A stretch of 64,000 nt of DNA from an uncultured bacterium (GTDB lineage: Bacteria; Verrucomicrobiota; Kiritimatiellia; RFP12; UBA1067). This document shows, one piece after another, positions 62,801-64,000 of this stretch. Position numbers and translations under genes: made by a program. How positions within the stretch are numbered: the stretch's first letter is position 1; the number at the start of each line of letters is the position of its first letter. The notes beneath the pieces were generated by a model, which was not told the DNA's origin, made no database searches, and saw nothing but the letters and a program-made list of their open reading frames with translations. The stretch covers positions 1,412 through 65,411 of the forward strand of contig CACXRO010000008.1 of the NCBI GenBank assembly GCA_902770045.1, given 5' to 3'.

Positions 62801-64000
62801 CGCGCCCGTATACTTCCGACACGTTCCTGCCGTTCGTCTCGAAGGCGCAGTCGTATGCCTTCAGCCCGCCCTTGCCGGTCTTGACGAGGCCGTTCGACCT
62901 GGCGCGGCAGAACTTGATCCGGTCGATGAAAATGTCGTCGTCGGTCGCGTTGTTGATGGTCAGGAGGATGCTCGAGGTGCTTTCGCCGTCAAAGACAGTG
63001 AGCGCGCCAGGCTGGCGGTCGGCCAACGTCGATTCCGTCCCCGCGAATCCGCCGCGGATCGTGAGCGCACCGCTGTTGGCGATAGAGATCGCAGGCTGCG
63101 AGACCGTCCCCGACTTGATCCAGACCTCGCAGAGACCAGTCTCCGCCGCCGCCGCCGTCAGGGCGTCGGCCACGGACATCGCGGTCGCCCAGCTGCTGCC
63201 GTCGCCGCTGACGGCGACCGACGGATCCGCGAAGAGACGCGACACGATCCTGAAGCTCACCACGACGGACTTGCCGGCATAGTCGTTGATGCCGGTGATC
63301 GTAATCAGGGCGATTCCCGGCGCGTCGTTGTCCGTGTAGGCAACCGTGTAGTCAGAGTCCTTCACGAGCAGCGTCTCGCCGTCGTGCACGACGGGCAGCG
63401 GCTCGCATACGCCAGCCGTCAGGAACTGGTCGGGAACCGGATCGACCTCAAAGTCGGCACCAACGACGGCGAAAATCACCGTGCCCGAGCCGCCCGAACC
63501 GCCGCAGCCGGCGATCGCGGAGCTGTAGCCGCCGCCGCCACCGCCACCACCGAGGCCGTCGGTGCCGGGATACCCATCCTCCGTCCGGCTGCCGTCGCCG
63601 CCGCCGCCAAGGCCGCCGAGGCCAGCGGTGTAGTTATTGTAGCCGTTGTTTGATCCGCCGCCACCACCGCCGCCGCCGTAGACGACCCACGCTCCGGTGA
63701 TGTTGTTGGAGACGCCTTCGCCGCCGTAGCCCGCGTGCTTGGCGGTCGTGTCCGCCGCGTAGCCGGCGTGTCCCGCGCCGCCGCCGCCGCCGGAGGCGGA
63801 GCTGTTCTGACCGCCACCCGCCGCGCCGGCAAAGCCGTATCCAGCAATGCCAGCGCCGCCGGAGCCGTTCTGGGCGGCGCCGCCGCCACTCGCCCCTGCC
63901 GAGCCATTCTTGACTTCCCAGCTGCCGCCGGCACCGCCGCCAGGAGCGGAGACGGAGAGCGCACCGAACTGAAGCGACGATATGCCGCCCTTGCCGCCAT
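59886..64000 (-). CDS. giant secreted protein P4 (partial, 5' end beyond window): Gly-rich region + MBG/Ig-like + 2x parallel beta-helix; ends ...RTGSVYYIR
   Basis: The track starts it at GTG 63479, but I read the frame codon by codon and it stays open to nt 64000 (...GGKGGISSLQFGALSVSAPGGGAGGSWEVKNGSAG...GGGGGGGGYSSAIAGCGGSGGSGTVIFAVVG). Beta-helix repeats NCTIAYNLTQ occur twice. Confidence 0.8.
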   Translation of the reverse strand, partial: GGKGGISSLQFGALSVSAPGGGAGGSWEVKNGSAGASGGGAAQNGSGGAGIAGYGFAGAAGGGQNSSASGGGGGAGHAGYAADTTAKHAGYGGEGVSNNITGAWVVYGGGGGGGGSNNGYNNYTAGLGGLGGGGDGSRTEDGYPGTDGLGGGGGGGGYSSAIAGCGGSGGSGTVIFAVVGADFEVDPVPDQFLTAGVCEPLPVVHDGETLLVKDSDYTVAYTDNDAPGIALITITGINDYAGKSVVVSFRIVSRLFADPSVAVSGDGSSWATAMSVADALTAAAAETGLCEVWIKSGTVSQPAISIANSGALTIRGGFAGTESTLADRQPGALTVFDGESTSSILLTINNATDDDIFIDRIKFCRARSNGLVKTGKGGLKAYDCAFETNGRNVSEVYGRGMNAQSDGYGSLVVSNCVFAGNRSVNSDKQWGGFGLYVKNFNDALVDDSLFLTNGYDLTKTPSSAYVGYLNARGSALLVDSTPITIRNSRFAGNCCPVRKKDDTYWCGGTIALNGACGGSVIDHCALIGNTEIVSAGDEGSNSGGAIAIRLNTGSAKVDIRNCTIAYNLTQSPYSSGGITVYKGSADISNTVLWKNLRYHTTSAGYGKDLHVASSSASATIRNSTVTSLDPSDECVVGATVDEESVFALDPKLVTSTAVFESLLTQNATGPYFKPTTANPTVYEDLAGMDAHLLSPAGYFVNGGAVGPATSDYSTAIDLGDPEADYSNEPAPNGSRLNLGAYGNTAEASCTATGQPNASVGVTFPDGLTRPKVTVTMGLASGTGYNATVLVVCSTNGLVIASQSYRFVSSGDILEYSTLPTYLVPGDALDVAVFISSPGSGPVEYRVSETVTGNVPPFYGKGGGPNVIHVRTGADCKMDGSNWMDAYPDLRTALASAPDASKTEIWLSVTNDYMKTAVTLVGSITVRGGFTGVENSAAERPEGLLSTLDGVSSNYKTMDFSVPSGALLTVERIRFSHSSGPGLRKTGSGDLTVRDCYFTDRKQSDWNLLGGGIYASGGTVSVANCQFVHLIDYSVNALSYASNGGDGIYLSSCTQAYIDDCLFATNGVQFYRNKGSQARHPGSAVYVNATPTIFRNCRFASNGSAVMEQTGCGGAVFFNGACGGSKMINCTLVGNADLEGSQSSTEAYGGGAVYCLMSSAAATLDIENCTIAYNLTQGKWAGAGINVGKGTVNLKNSVIYGNVRGRTNIAEIAGADIEVKADGSLNMSYTLVTGLTSNYIHSVNAENLTIGPGVIYDIDPLLATTTNDFWKLFTKYNETVYIAQAKRGDCAKIDVHPRTRTGYLNQDGVLIRDPERVESPTIDKGDPTSDYSKEPSVVGIGGNGGRVNLGFSGNSPEAAFTKRTGSVYYIR

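Noticed and set aside
63476-64000. ORF starting exactly at the window edge (MAARAAYRRF...)
   Set aside because: It is an Ala/Arg/Pro/Thr-rich alternate frame. The adjacent frame continues P4 without interruption and encodes a coherent Gly-rich domain.

Overview
High-GC bacterial chromosomal window. Gene content suggests an anaerobic PVC-group bacterium (Lentisphaerota/Kiritimatiellota-like); this is inference only. The supporting genes are a BatA/MoxR/DUF58/VWA operon, an ECF sigma fused to a prenyltransferase-repeat domain, giant LamG/beta-helix secreted proteins, HydE and FeoAB. I call about 45 protein genes, one tRNA-Val(TAC), no rRNA, no CRISPR and no intact transposase or phage genes.

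Gene layout, left to right:
- two membrane-protein genes; the first runs off the left edge and is missing from the ORF track
- an HTH-cupin-acyl-CoA synthetase behind an attenuator-like leader
- a long minus-strand block: glnA-like, nadB, a membrane ECF-sigma fusion, MoxR, DUF58, a BatA/VWA giant and a coiled-coil membrane protein, with four start/stop overlaps
- a DUF4143 ATPase, a BNR sialidase-like gene and tRNA-Val
- feoA-feoB-Cys-rich peptide, an OMP-like gene and a CDF transporter
- two LamG genes plus a divergent histidine kinase and LuxR regulator
- a GT8/Wzx/ArnT-like cluster, then metX-metW/GT2/acyltransferase
- hydE-mnmA, lgt-holA, HAD, HTH-EIIA, DUF2851
- recA-yraN-(Whirly-like)-comM
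- two more giant LamG/beta-helix genes with an AraC/XylR-like regulator.

Many long ORFs in the track are antisense or alternate-frame artefacts of the GC content, and several true starts are internal.

Most interesting observations:
1. All four giant secreted proteins end in the same 7-residue tail, G-S-V-[YW]-[YF]-[IL]-R-stop. This may be a new C-terminal recognition or sorting tag.
2. A promoter-equipped, highly structured repeat of about 250-320 nt occurs in two inverted copies 29 kb apart (MITE-like or an ncRNA gene family).
3. A chimeric relic fuses a LamG-gene 3' end to the response-regulator 3' end. It looks like the ghost of a second 7.9-kb cassette collapsed by a 7.7-kb deletion.
4. 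Promoters are TGnTATAAT extended -10 elements, and at least seven genes have their ATG 7-8 nt after the -10, implying leaderless mRNAs.
5. The acyl-CoA synthetase leader carries an Ile-rich sORF, an antiterminator/terminator alternative and a U6 tract.
6. A Whirly-like protein sits inside the comM/yraN/recA cluster.
7. A 68-nt nested palindrome lies exactly centred between two divergent promoters.

All functional calls come from motif recognition by eye. No database search was run.
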